A DNA stretch of 64,000 nt, taken from Escherichia phage vB_EcoM-Pr121LW. How positions within the stretch are numbered: position 1 is the stretch's first letter; each line of letters begins with the position of its first letter. Below the pieces are notes generated by a model, which was given only the letters and a program-made list of their open reading frames with translations, did no database searches and was not told the DNA's origin. The position numbers and the translations under genes were made by a program. Below, piece after piece: positions 20,924 to 30,815 of the stretch. The stretch is taken from the sequence record MH752840.1; one strand, written 5' to 3'.

Positions 20924-23900
20924 ATGCTTCCAATCCCTTTGCTAAAACTTGGTCGTCATTTCCTCGATAAGAGGGGTGGAATTAAGGAACTTGCTGTTCT
21001 GTCATACCCAATAGACAACAGTGATGGTACAAGCAATACAGTATCCTATGTAAATAGCTTAGCTATACTTTTTGATGATGGTCAGCTTAATATTACTGGC
21101 TATAATAGGTTCGGAGAGTGTCGGACTGGAGATCTTGATACAATAAACTATCCTAATGAGGCAGCTTGGAACGTAGACCATGTTTGGAGAGCTGACCGTG
21201 CATTTGTAATCCGCACATTCGATAATAAATTTTTCTATATTGGTTGCACAGCTGGTCTTATCGGATCTGAGGCAGCAGGTGGAAACGATGTTTGTGTCAG
21301 AGAGTGGACACCTTTGCCGGAACAGATTGTAACAGGGTTGCATTTGGACACCCATCCTGAGAGACTTGTTGAAGTAATGGGTGGCGTAAACAATACAGTG
21401 TGGGTAATTGCTGCACCAGAGGCTGATGGTATGCTTCACCTGTACGGCTCTGGCAATAATACTTACGGCTCTCTTCATGTTGACAAAAATCAACACGCTA
21501 CTCCAGTTAAGATTGGTGAAACATCTGAAAGTCCAGAGACAGGTCCTTGGAAAAATCCAAGAATTAATTGTGAAGTTCATGACAACTCGGTTATTTTTGG
21601 TGGTCCTAACGGATTCTGGATTGCAGGTTACGATTTCTTAAGAAATAACAGCAAAAACGCACTAGTTTATCCAGCCGAGCATGTGACTCTTGACCAGTTT
21701 AAAGGCATCCCAGTGGGCGAGACATGGAAAGGGTTCATGTGTGGGCCTAATGGTGCAATTATAGCCACAGAAAGGATGCACAAACCTGATGACCAACAGC
21801 TTGTTAATGTGTTTTATGGTCAGGATGTTTGGGGTGACGACACGTGGAGAAGCCTTAACATCACCTATACCCATGAAGTAATTATGGCTCGCGGGTACGG
21901 GACTAGTGGAATTTTCTTCAATAATGGTACAAAACAGTACCGTGGTTTCTCCAGAAACCTGTGTAACGATATTGGTGCTCAATCTGCTAATAATAATCCT
22001 AGGGCCAATTTTATTCATTACAGAGCGCTGGCAACAGCTAAGTTTGTTGAACAGACAGAGCCAGTAAGCTGGACAGAAAGCGTTTATTTTCAAGGGATCC
22101 ACAGGGAAGGTTTCTTAGGCACATTTTGTGTGGTAAATGGAAAGCTTTGGTGGTCAGGAATACCACGTGGTAGTTTTTCAGGATCTAATAACCTCTTTGG
22201 CGGCAGACTTAACAGCCAAGGGTTCACAGAGATTCCGGAGAATTGGTATAAAAATGTCCCGGTAGATAGCTGGGGTATCGAAGACATCTTTGATGTCAAT
22301 GGTGTGAGCAATGCTAGCAACATTTACATTGGAGATACTGTCAAGATGAAATTGAAACCTCAGCCGGAGGGTGCTACGTTCATTATTGACAAGATTGAGT
22401 TGGTAAATGCTGCAGGCACTGTTGTTACAGATGCAAACTATCAGTTCTCCACTAACTGGAACCATGGTGGTGCTAACGAAGTTGTGGTTACCCAGTATAA
22501 CCGTAACATCAACAGACGTGGTTTGTATTCTATCAAGATCACCTACCATGACAAGCATGGCACTGGAAGAACCTATACGACAAGGACTTTGAACTGGAAC
22601 ACTATAGTTCCTGCGTATCCGTCCGACGGCAAGTGGCATACCGTTGGTAGAAACAAGCAGTTCCATGTTAACGATACTGTATACTTTGGGCTGAATGGGA
22701 CCCAGCCTGCAGTAGAAGGGGATACATCGTATATGGTCAGACTCCACAGAATGGATGCTGGATCAGTCACTTATGATGTGACCCAAGAGATCTACGATCA
22801 AAGACGCGCCACGTATGACAATATTGTGAAAACACAAGCCTTGTGGGAGTTCAATCCCAATGGCAAGGGTGGTAAAATGTTGCAGGTTAATGAGCAGAAC
22901 GGAACGTCGTTGACTGTTCACGAACACCCAGACCCTTGGCCTGATCCTGGAAAACCTCACCCGGGAGCTCGTACACTGAAAATTGTCAGCCATGATGCAG
23001 GATATTTCGGAATACGCTGGGAAGCCACAGTAAGATATGCCGACGGGACAACAAACAACATAGGGATCACCCTTGGTGGCACTAGTGAGGATAACTCACT
23101 GAAAATTGCCTATACCCCTAGAGGCATCTCTATTGATAATATGGATGTTGTTCGCAACGGTTACGGTGATGTAAATGTCAAAGTTACTCTTGGTGAACAT
23201 CTCGGTGGGGAAAGGATCATCATGTATGCCTTTGATCATGATCCTCGCACCAACGGAACCTATGCAAATCAGGCGTGGAGTTACCTGATAAATGCACCTG
23301 AGCCGAATACTAAAGAGTTTTATTACGGTATGAAGCGGGATGTGTGCAAGAAAACAGGGACACATGATTGGATTGCTATCTGCGTTAAAGATGAACGAAC
23401 CGCTTGGGACGAGCCTGTTAACCGATGGTTCATAGGGATTCCCACCAGAAGTGATAAGTATGTCGCAGAATATATTGTGTGCATGGGCGGCACCAACCTG
23501 AACTTGTGTTGGAACGAGGATGCAAATAAATACTCTGATTATGACTATATGAGGGATATCTCTTGCAATCAGTGGTTTAGCCAATCAACAGGTTACCCTC
23601 CAAGACAGGCGAGAGTAAACCCTGCAATCTTCACAGACACGCAGGTTTTCTTGACAAAACAGGCCAACGAGGTTCAGACATTCAAGAATAAATACGATCC
23701 TAACAAGTGGTTCTACAACTGTTACGGCGCATTTTTCTGGGGACCTGGTGAGTTACCTGGTGGAGGATCTTGCTTGAATGAGGCAACTTACGCCAGTGAC
23801 TACATCATGGGGCAGGTCAAGAAGTATAAGATAATCCCCGGTCCTGAGACTTTGGGCAATGCCGTTGACCCTTATATCATCATGACTGCACTGAGATCAA

Positions 23901-26560
23901 ACATGGATGGGACATCCATGTCCATGCAAATTCCGGTAACAAACGGATACAAACGTGTTGTGATGATCATTAAGTGCGACCTGATAGGTAAACAAGTTCT
24001 TGCAGAAAACGGGACATCCACACATCCTTTTGAGATCGCTCTACACTATCAGTTTGCTGACTCACCTTTTGCAGGGGATAAGAGAATATCTGATACAGAC
24101 GCACAGCGTTGTAAGAAAGTATTGTTGGGTGCAGGTTGGTGGTGGTATGAGTTTGATTTAACAGATAAATTCACCGACACGTCTAAAGTTGTAACAGGAC
24201 TTCGTCTAGACTTTGGCGAGAACATGCACAAAGCTGTTTGTGATGGCACCTATGGTGACCCTACAATATACCTAAAATATGTTTCTTTTGAGCATCCGGA
24301 AGATGTTGTCTACGGTCCAAAACTGAGATTGTTTGGCAGCTGGATTGCAAAAGATAGGGTAGGTATGGGTAAGAAGGTAAGAGGGTTCTTGGTTGATGCA
24401 GGAACAGAAGACATGCTGGTTAATGCAGTATGGCCTGAATTACCTGGGACTCAGTGGGACAACTCAGCCAAATCTGTAAACTGGTTTAACATTCATAGGG
24501 CCATGTGGACCACTAACTGCTACTTGTGGAGAGAGCTTAACGATCAGGCCTTTGGCTTCAGCGATGGTAGAAGGATGGCGATCATTTGCTGGACAACACT
24601 GCAAAGATGTTATGACCATAACTATGAGATTGGAGGCAGGGAATGGAAAAATATCAGGGACAGAATCATAACCAATTTTGCAGACGACAACGGTGGCGGA
24701 GCACATAACTTTGGCACAAGCCGACTCATCCATTTGAACGGATCCTCAGCCTACAAGAAAGAAGGATACTCTGGGTCCATGATTGAGTGGGGTCTGGTAA
24801 AAGATGCTCGTGTGTTGATGGGTCAGCAACTTGCTGCTGCAATAGGGCCGAACGCAGTACAATCTGTTAAACCAGCGTGGTTCGATATCCCATTATGGTC
24901 ATCTGGAACACCAGGAACTGCTGCAATCAACCCTGCCACTGGGGATTTGGAAATCTCCTGGGAAGACTTGAAGCAGGTCGGTGGTTGGGACAAAACAGGG
25001 TATCAGGTTCAGTGGTGGAGAGCTGACGGATCTTTAGCCGCTGATGAGTTTGTTAAGGACAATTTCTACACCATGTCCTCTGCAAAAGCACAGGAATTGT
25101 TCGGTCAGGCAACTCCGTCAACGATCACCATGTCCATGTGCTGTAAAGACAACAGGACTGGAGCTTTGGGGCCAAGGGTTGCTAAGGTTTTCTCAGGTAT
25201 TAAATGGAATCCCTCTGTTCAAAGTGTTTCATGGAAGCAAATAGGTGATAACAAGCTGCTAGTTACCCCCGCCTGTCAGTTCAACGCAACTCTTAACGTT
25301 GATCCTGCTGCTGCGGCAAACTCAGCTAAAGCTTCTGACTTCTCTGTGTCTAACACTGCTATGGCAGATGTGAGGAAGATTGACACGCTGAACGCCAGAA
25401 TTACCTGTAAAAACACTTATGGCACATTCCAGATCATCAACAACTTCACAGATGCTGATTCTAAGGTAGTGAGGACAGCAAGCCAGACTCTGAGTTTAGG
25501 AACTCTGGCCTATGCAGCCCTGATCACTGAACAGTCGGCAACACTCCAAGGAGGTGGTGTAGGCAAGTCTATTACAACACCTGTGTGGAAGCCAAATGAG
25601 TGGGTTGTGTTTGATTTGACTGTGGACTTCTCCAGTGATAATAACTGGACATGGGTAAGGGATTGCTTGTCACAACTGATGGGTGGTCCAAGCTCCGTTA
25701 GTGATAGCCACGACTCCACTGACCCGAGTGTGTTTCAGGTGGGTAAAACTCACCCGGAGACTGGAGCAACTTTGCCTGACAGGAAGTATGCTTTGGTTTG
25801 CATCTCTTACGGAAAAGCAGATGTCACCTTCTCAGGAACACACACTTATAACGGTACATATAACTTCTCAAGGAAGTATAGTCTCAAGGCAGGGAACATT
25901 ATAGATGAGGTTGGTCCGTTATATAACCCTGGCAACGGGATAGGGATTGTAGGCGGCAAACTGCAGATGCAGGAACCTTCTATTACTCCTTCCAACGTGT
26001 CTGGGATCAGGAAGACTTGGGAAAGTAACAATACTGGCATCGCAACTGTGGATGCTACCACCGGACTGGTAACATTTAAAGCTCCCGGTGATGTCACTAT
26101 AACGTTTATAGTTACTGATGATGCAGGGCGCAAAACGTCTTCAACATCTTTTACTGTCAAACAGATGGCACCACAGTGGAGAATGTGGATAGGTACAGCA
26201 ACAAACGGGGCATACCCTAATCCGGCAGGTACTTCTGGTATGAAGACTTTCTCTACAAGCGAACCGATGGAGTACGGCAGCGGTCCTAAGGTAGGACAGA
26301 TGGTATACTTTGGTGCGTATATTCCTGAAATTATAGGGCTTCCGAGAAGTCAGCTTCAGTTGCTGTTTGGGGCTGGTGTTGACGATCTTGCCACTTTCGG
26401 GTATAGCGACAACATCGAGGCTGCAAGGAGTTCAGGATGGGTAGGGTTCAGAATGGAGTCTGGAAAGGAAGGCAGGATTCTAGGGACAGCCTCTATAGGT
26501 GTTATGTTCCCTGGTGACCAGCAGTATCGCCTGAAAGCCTACGCAACTTTCTCTCTTTAA
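20924..26560 (+). CDS. large structural protein (1878 aa) with Ig-like Big_2-type domain
   Basis: Longest ORF in window; near C-terminus ITPSNVSGIRKTWESNNTGIATVDATTGLVTFKAPGDVTITFIVTDDAGRKTSSTSFTV resembles bacterial Ig-like group 2 domain; ends at bidirectional terminator. Confidence 0.6.
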   Translation: MLPIPLLKLGRHFLDKRGGIKELAVLSYPIDNSDGTSNTVSYVNSLAILFDDGQLNITGYNRFGECRTGDLDTINYPNEAAWNVDHVWRADRAFVIRTFDNKFFYIGCTAGLIGSEAAGGNDVCVREWTPLPEQIVTGLHLDTHPERLVEVMGGVNNTVWVIAAPEADGMLHLYGSGNNTYGSLHVDKNQHATPVKIGETSESPETGPWKNPRINCEVHDNSVIFGGPNGFWIAGYDFLRNNSKNALVYPAEHVTLDQFKGIPVGETWKGFMCGPNGAIIATERMHKPDDQQLVNVFYGQDVWGDDTWRSLNITYTHEVIMARGYGTSGIFFNNGTKQYRGFSRNLCNDIGAQSANNNPRANFIHYRALATAKFVEQTEPVSWTESVYFQGIHREGFLGTFCVVNGKLWWSGIPRGSFSGSNNLFGGRLNSQGFTEIPENWYKNVPVDSWGIEDIFDVNGVSNASNIYIGDTVKMKLKPQPEGATFIIDKIELVNAAGTVVTDANYQFSTNWNHGGANEVVVTQYNRNINRRGLYSIKITYHDKHGTGRTYTTRTLNWNTIVPAYPSDGKWHTVGRNKQFHVNDTVYFGLNGTQPAVEGDTSYMVRLHRMDAGSVTYDVTQEIYDQRRATYDNIVKTQALWEFNPNGKGGKMLQVNEQNGTSLTVHEHPDPWPDPGKPHPGARTLKIVSHDAGYFGIRWEATVRYADGTTNNIGITLGGTSEDNSLKIAYTPRGISIDNMDVVRNGYGDVNVKVTLGEHLGGERIIMYAFDHDPRTNGTYANQAWSYLINAPEPNTKEFYYGMKRDVCKKTGTHDWIAICVKDERTAWDEPVNRWFIGIPTRSDKYVAEYIVCMGGTNLNLCWNEDANKYSDYDYMRDISCNQWFSQSTGYPPRQARVNPAIFTDTQVFLTKQANEVQTFKNKYDPNKWFYNCYGAFFWGPGELPGGGSCLNEATYASDYIMGQVKKYKIIPGPETLGNAVDPYIIMTALRSNMDGTSMSMQIPVTNGYKRVVMIIKCDLIGKQVLAENGTSTHPFEIALHYQFADSPFAGDKRISDTDAQRCKKVLLGAGWWWYEFDLTDKFTDTSKVVTGLRLDFGENMHKAVCDGTYGDPTIYLKYVSFEHPEDVVYGPKLRLFGSWIAKDRVGMGKKVRGFLVDAGTEDMLVNAVWPELPGTQWDNSAKSVNWFNIHRAMWTTNCYLWRELNDQAFGFSDGRRMAIICWTTLQRCYDHNYEIGGREWKNIRDRIITNFADDNGGGAHNFGTSRLIHLNGSSAYKKEGYSGSMIEWGLVKDARVLMGQQLAAAIGPNAVQSVKPAWFDIPLWSSGTPGTAAINPATGDLEISWEDLKQVGGWDKTGYQVQWWRADGSLAADEFVKDNFYTMSSAKAQELFGQATPSTITMSMCCKDNRTGALGPRVAKVFSGIKWNPSVQSVSWKQIGDNKLLVTPACQFNATLNVDPAAAANSAKASDFSVSNTAMADVRKIDTLNARITCKNTYGTFQIINNFTDADSKVVRTASQTLSLGTLAYAALITEQSATLQGGGVGKSITTPVWKPNEWVVFDLTVDFSSDNNWTWVRDCLSQLMGGPSSVSDSHDSTDPSVFQVGKTHPETGATLPDRKYALVCISYGKADVTFSGTHTYNGTYNFSRKYSLKAGNIIDEVGPLYNPGNGIGIVGGKLQMQEPSITPSNVSGIRKTWESNNTGIATVDATTGLVTFKAPGDVTITFIVTDDAGRKTSSTSFTVKQMAPQWRMWIGTATNGAYPNPAGTSGMKTFSTSEPMEYGSGPKVGQMVYFGAYIPEIIGLPRSQLQLLFGAGVDDLATFGYSDNIEAARSSGWVGFRMESGKEGRILGTASIGVMFPGDQQYRLKAYATFSL

Positions 26561-26571
26561 CAAGCGGTAAA

Positions 26572-26601
26572 TAAAAAGGGGCCAAATGGCCCCTTTCTTT
26601 T
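26572..26601. terminator. bidirectional terminator between convergent operons
   Basis: aaaaaggggccaaatggcccctttcttttt: GC hairpin flanked by A-run and T-run. Confidence 0.75.
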
Positions 26602-26606
26602 TATAA

Positions 26607-26807
26607 TTAGTAATATTCCCAACACGACCCATCTTCAGACGGCTGGACACGCTTGCCTTCATGATCGACATAGGTGTAACCGCAACCTTCGCAGATAACA
26701 GGTGCCGCATAACCTTCCTTCCACTGATCTTCTGTGATCAATCCTTCCAGATCTCTACAGTTAAAACCAAACAACTCTTCAGAACAATCTTTGCAAAAAT
26801 CAGCCAT
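26607..26807 (-). CDS. small zinc-ribbon protein
   Basis: 66 aa with CxxC ... CxxC spacing (CKDC / CEGC). Confidence 0.45.
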   Translation of the reverse strand: MADFCKDCSEELFGFNCRDLEGLITEDQWKEGYAAPVICEGCGYTYVDHEGKRVQPSEDGSCWEYY

Positions 26808-26810
26808 TTC

Positions 26811-27257
26811 TCAGTCCTCGCATTTAACAAATTTTTCTACAGATCCGCCAAGCACAGCTTGTTGCTTGATGGCACTTGCTTCATCATAGTGGATAGACTT
26901 ATGTTCCGTACCTCCAAACTTACCTGTGTGGAAGGTGTGCACCCAAATCTCTTTAGGAAGGGATTTATTCTCTTCCTCCACCAACTCCCACATACCCCAC
27001 AAGTGATCTGTGATATCTTTGATGAAATATCCCTCTCCTAGGTTTGTATTCACACTATAGGCCGATTCGTGATTTCCGCAAATATAACGGAAGGCAGTGT
27101 ACTCTTTTCCTGGTGTGAAGTGGGTATCCATTAGTATAGCTGTTAAAGAATAAGGGTCTCGAAAGCCCAAGAACTTTAGTTTAACAATTTCGACATTTAC
27201 ATCTGCAAGATTGTCCATGACGATCTCCTCTGTTTGGTTGGTGAGATAATCATACAT
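26811..27257 (-). CDS. hypothetical protein with GNHE motif (degenerate calcineurin-like phosphoesterase?)
   Basis: 148 aa; ICGNHES and later HTFHTG resemble metallophosphatase motifs III and the GH motif, but motifs I and II are absent and an in-frame stop lies upstream. Confidence 0.35.
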   Translation of the reverse strand: MYDYLTNQTEEIVMDNLADVNVEIVKLKFLGFRDPYSLTAILMDTHFTPGKEYTAFRYICGNHESAYSVNTNLGEGYFIKDITDHLWGMWELVEEENKSLPKEIWVHTFHTGKFGGTEHKSIHYDEASAIKQQAVLGGSVEKFVKCED

Positions 27258-27382
27258 AGATCTGATGTTAGGGTCAAGCTTAATTTTAAACTATTTTGGA
27301 GAGGTATTTTGTTCAGGAGGGTAATCACATAGGATAGGGCAATTTATGAAGGCACAGGCCTCTTTTGAGGCCTTAAAATCGA

Positions 27383-27763
27383 TTATGACACTTTGACGTA
27401 GCGCTCCGACAGAGCTGGAAAGCCAAAAGCAGTACCTATACTACCGTATGCTACCCACCATTGAAGTTCATCGTGACACCATTTTCCGATCAGGAAGGTG
27501 CTGGGGTAGCGGGTCAGTATTTTGGCATAAGCTTTAGGGTCTGCATCCTCTGGGATAATGATGCTTGGAACATCTTTGTTATGACCACAGCAGCAGTTTA
27601 GAGTTTTCAGTCCTGCCGCCCATAGACTCATGATAGGCTTAGCCATGCACTTATCAAGGCACACACGTTTTTTGCCGTCTCGAAGTTTTTTAGGCACATC
27701 AACGATAACATTTGGATGCTTGGCACCTTTCACTTTCCAATTATAGGATTTACACTTGCACAT
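27383..27763 (-). CDS. Cys-rich hypothetical protein
   Basis: 126 aa with CKC, CLDKC and CCCGH clusters, probable metal-binding. Confidence 0.45.
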   Translation of the reverse strand: MCKCKSYNWKVKGAKHPNVIVDVPKKLRDGKKRVCLDKCMAKPIMSLWAAGLKTLNCCCGHNKDVPSIIIPEDADPKAYAKILTRYPSTFLIGKWCHDELQWWVAYGSIGTAFGFPALSERYVKVS

Positions 27764-27796
27764 CGTTTAATCAGTCTCCATCTAGAAAGCAATACT

Positions 27797-27967
27797 TTAC
27801 TTAAAATCTTTGTCACCTATTACGATTGCACGAATCCACTCATTGTGATGTTCAATGGCGGTAAGGTGTAACATAATGTAGTGATTGTCATTACTAAACA
27901 CGGTGCGGTAAGCTTTAGCAGCACCATGATATAACTTCCACATCAGGTAATGATATCTTCGCCTCAT
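27797..27967 (-). CDS. small hypothetical protein (56 aa)
   Basis: Hand-translated ORF MRRRYHYLMWKLYHGAAKAYRTV... filling the gap between flanking minus-strand genes; below 60-aa track cutoff. Confidence 0.3.
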   Translation of the reverse strand: MRRRYHYLMWKLYHGAAKAYRTVFSNDNHYIMLHLTAIEHHNEWIRAIVIGDKDFK

Positions 27968-27972
27968 GGCTC

Positions 27973-28443
27973 TTACTCCGGTTCAGGATCTGGGTAATCT
28001 TCAATAATAAAGGTCCATCCGTTCCGCTTAGCCTCAGACTTATACTCAATCTCCTTCATTGCGAACTCTAACTGATTTTTAGCCGGAATACATGCCGGAG
28101 AATCATCAATCCAAATATCCGGGTAGATATCAAACTGCGCCAGATAGGCTGCCTTCTGAACACCGCCAGTATAAAACACACCAACATCGAGCTCCTTGCG
28201 CCAATACTCAATGTCCACGTTGTCTTGAGTGATGAATCGGGAAGTCACAAGGTATACTGTCCACCCTTCCTTTTTCAAGTCCCTAATCAGGCGGGAGAAG
28301 ATGAAAGGACTCGCATTAAATGTTCCATCAAAGTCAATGGCAATGATGTGTGTGCCGTGGCGAGTCTCGTATGGATTGCTTGTGGTAAGATTACTGTAGT
28401 TAAAAGGAACTTCTTCCCCGCAGTAGCTGTAGTCCATATTCAC
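27973..28443 (-). CDS. HAD-superfamily phosphatase / nucleotidase
   Basis: Motif I IAIDFDGTF (DxDGT), motif II VYLVTSR, motif IV IWIDDSP. Confidence 0.6.
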   Translation of the reverse strand: MNMDYSYCGEEVPFNYSNLTTSNPYETRHGTHIIAIDFDGTFNASPFIFSRLIRDLKKEGWTVYLVTSRFITQDNVDIEYWRKELDVGVFYTGGVQKAAYLAQFDIYPDIWIDDSPACIPAKNQLEFAMKEIEYKSEAKRNGWTFIIEDYPDPEPE

Positions 28444-28715
28444 ACCTTCTCGTTGATAAATTTACGGGCGGTTTGGTGAGTTGTTTCTGCTGTCTTCAGA
28501 ATGATATTAATTTTATTGTCAAGATCATTCATCTCTGCAGTTAATTCAGGAATCTCTCCAGCATGCATAGTGAAATCATACATAGACATGCCCAGAATCT
28601 CATTGATGCGACGGTTGCATTCTGCAGCACGCTGGTTCATTTTCCAAGCTAACACCAAAGCCTCCTGCGTAGCCTCTAGTGCAAAATCTAATACGTCTGC
28701 CTCTTCTTTCGTCAT
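28440..28715 (-). CDS. hypothetical protein
   Basis: 91-aa ORF, start overlaps upstream stop in operon. Confidence 0.45.
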   Translation of the reverse strand: MTKEEADVLDFALEATQEALVLAWKMNQRAAECNRRINEILGMSMYDFTMHAGEIPELTAEMNDLDNKINIILKTAETTHQTARKFINEKV

Positions 28716-28773
28716 CTCAGTCTCTCCTGTTGTATTGTTGGTAGGTGTATGAATACCTTATAACTCACCTTTT

Positions 28774-29340
28774 TTATTCAAACTGCAATAGTAAGTCCAC
28801 CACCGCGCTAGGTCTGTCAACAAATTCCCCAGGTCCACATGCCCACAGAGGGTATCCGTCCACATACCGCCAAATCCAACCTGCAGTGTGGAGTTCGAGC
28901 AGGGCAGTACCGTCCTTACTGTCAACCACTCTTTCCCACAGTGTTGGGCAGCGAAGCTTGAGAATCGGATCACCTCCCTTATACCCGTCCATGTAGATAC
29001 CTATTGCAAAGTTCAGCATCATCTTTTTGTGCACTGATCTCTTACTGAGGGTGCTCATCACTTCCTCTTTGTGAATGTTTGTAAGCTTCTCTTTGGCTAC
29101 CCGCAGATCGTTGCAACCATTGTTCAGCAGATCTTCCAGACACTTGATCCGGAGGTCGTGAATGTCTTTGTCGTGTACCGTTGGCACAGGGTCGTAGCGG
29201 TATAGCACTGTTGATACAAGGTTGCTCGGGTGTGGGTCTGACAGCAACCCATAACCCCAATACTCTTCTGTATCTGAAAGGACAAGACACCCAATGTCTC
29301 TGTCAAGCTTTCCTGTGTTGTAAGCCACATTGACCGCCAT
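28774..29340 (-). CDS. hypothetical protein
   Basis: 188-aa ORF in minus-strand operon. Confidence 0.45.
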   Translation of the reverse strand: MAVNVAYNTGKLDRDIGCLVLSDTEEYWGYGLLSDPHPSNLVSTVLYRYDPVPTVHDKDIHDLRIKCLEDLLNNGCNDLRVAKEKLTNIHKEEVMSTLSKRSVHKKMMLNFAIGIYMDGYKGGDPILKLRCPTLWERVVDSKDGTALLELHTAGWIWRYVDGYPLWACGPGEFVDRPSAVVDLLLQFE

Positions 29341-29342
29341 GA

Positions 29343-29588
29343 CTATAGCTCCACTAGCAAAGTGCTTTCAAAGTGCCGTTCATGCAGACCGTTGTAAGGG
29401 ACCACTTCCACAACACCATCACGGACATACGGGGCCATCATCGTGGTATAATCTCCAAACGGGTTGGTATTGTCACTAACCACAACCACCTTCTGCCCTT
29501 CCTTAGCAGAGTGCCAAATAGATCTACACTTCATCAGGTGTTCGAGAGCTCCAGGTAAAATTTTGTTACGTTCTTTACGGGTCTTCAT
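29343..29588 (-). CDS. hypothetical protein
   Basis: 81-aa ORF, tightly spaced in operon. Confidence 0.4.
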   Translation of the reverse strand: MKTRKERNKILPGALEHLMKCRSIWHSAKEGQKVVVVSDNTNPFGDYTTMMAPYVRDGVVEVVPYNGLHERHFESTLLVEL

Positions 29589-30034
29589 AACAGATATAGC
29601 TCCTTATGAAAGTGGTCTTTTAATTTCTCACTGAGAAACTTCTTGATACCTTCCTCTAAAGTGTTTTCGATGTAGTCCAGCTTAACTGCTTCGATGGACA
29701 TATCATAGATTGCCAGCTCTAAGCTGTCAAGTCCCATCATAGCATGAACCATAAGATTTTCATCTTCAGATACATTCAGGGGACTTCCTATAACATCTGG
29801 AGGCAGAATAGTTTCCCAATTATTCTGGGTGGTAGTTCTCCCGCCATCTACTTTACGGCGCAGTTCGAATGTGTTCTTAGTGTAGAACACTTCATAAGAA
29901 ACGATACGACTGTCACTCTCATAATAAACGAAGTTCAGGTAGGAGCCTAGCCGCAGTCGGCAAACTTCTACCCCAAACCATTGTTTCTTATAAGAATTCA
30001 GGCTAATGCTGTCGCATTCACGCTTGCTCAACAC
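29585..30034 (-). CDS. hypothetical protein
   Basis: 149-aa ORF, overlapping stop/start with neighbour. Confidence 0.45.
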   Translation of the reverse strand: MLSKRECDSISLNSYKKQWFGVEVCRLRLGSYLNFVYYESDSRIVSYEVFYTKNTFELRRKVDGGRTTTQNNWETILPPDVIGSPLNVSEDENLMVHAMMGLDSLELAIYDMSIEAVKLDYIENTLEEGIKKFLSEKLKDHFHKELYLL

Positions 30035-30050
30035 GGCTATCTCCTTTTTG

Positions 30051-30284
30051 TTAATCTTCGTAAATCAGGATTTCTGCTTTAGGTTTTCGTGCTTTCAAGT
30101 CCAGCTCTATCCAGTGCACCATGGCTGTTTCAAGAAAAACAGCTTGGATGCATCCGTCCTCAGCGTGCCCCACCAACATAACAAGATCTTCACCTTCATC
30201 ATCTGCATCACGAACATACAGAATCTCTCCAGATTCAAAGTCTTTCACAACCTGATTGCTGGATAATTTACGAATTTTTGCCAT
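30051..30284 (-). CDS. hypothetical protein
   Basis: 77-aa ORF in operon. Confidence 0.4.
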   Translation of the reverse strand: MAKIRKLSSNQVVKDFESGEILYVRDADDEGEDLVMLVGHAEDGCIQAVFLETAMVHWIELDLKARKPKAEILIYED

Positions 30285-30285
30285 A

Positions 30286-30549
30286 TCAGAAACCCTCTAA
30301 AAAGCTCTTGTAGAAAATAATTTCAGTGTCCACACCTGTCACGATCTTATCGTTTCGGATCTCATCTGTGAGGTAGGTATCGAAACGTAGTACTTGTGTG
30401 GTATTGTCACACATCCACTCAGCTGTGACCATAGCGAAAATCTTAGCATCTTCATTATCTGGTGTGAATGTTACCACCTCGCCGCATTTAAACTTTTCGA
30501 TAGGTTGTGTGTTAGCTTTCGGTTCTGCAATAGTGATTTTCGTGGTCAT
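30286..30549 (-). CDS. hypothetical protein
   Basis: 87-aa ORF in operon. Confidence 0.4.
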   Translation of the reverse strand: MTTKITIAEPKANTQPIEKFKCGEVVTFTPDNEDAKIFAMVTAEWMCDNTTQVLRFDTYLTDEIRNDKIVTGVDTEIIFYKSFLEGF

Positions 30550-30809
30550 TGCTCTTCCTCCATAGTTTCACCAAATACTTCGATACGAGCATCGAGCTCG
30601 GTTGCTTTCAGCTCCCCAACAAAATATTTTAGTTCTTTCTCGTCCAGATCGTAAGCCCACACACAAGAAGAACATGCCACAATCAGTAGCGTAGATACAC
30701 GACCTGGCTCTGTGATCATGCTCACAATGGTTCCCACAGGGAACGTGTTGATAGCTTTTTTAACTGGGCGTTCAGCTTTAATTACTACCTCTGTTGCCAT
30801 AAATAACAT
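30546..30809 (-). CDS. hypothetical protein
   Basis: 87-aa ORF, overlapping stop/start. Confidence 0.4.
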   Translation of the reverse strand: MLFMATEVVIKAERPVKKAINTFPVGTIVSMITEPGRVSTLLIVACSSCVWAYDLDEKELKYFVGELKATELDARIEVFGETMEEEQ

Positions 30810-30815
30810 CCTCTC

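Noticed and set aside
26811-27257. Calling this ORF a bona fide Ser/Thr protein phosphatase
   Set aside because: Only the GNHE and a GH-like motif are present; the GDxHG and GDxxDRG motifs are missing and an in-frame stop lies just upstream, so it is kept only as a low-confidence phosphoesterase-like protein.
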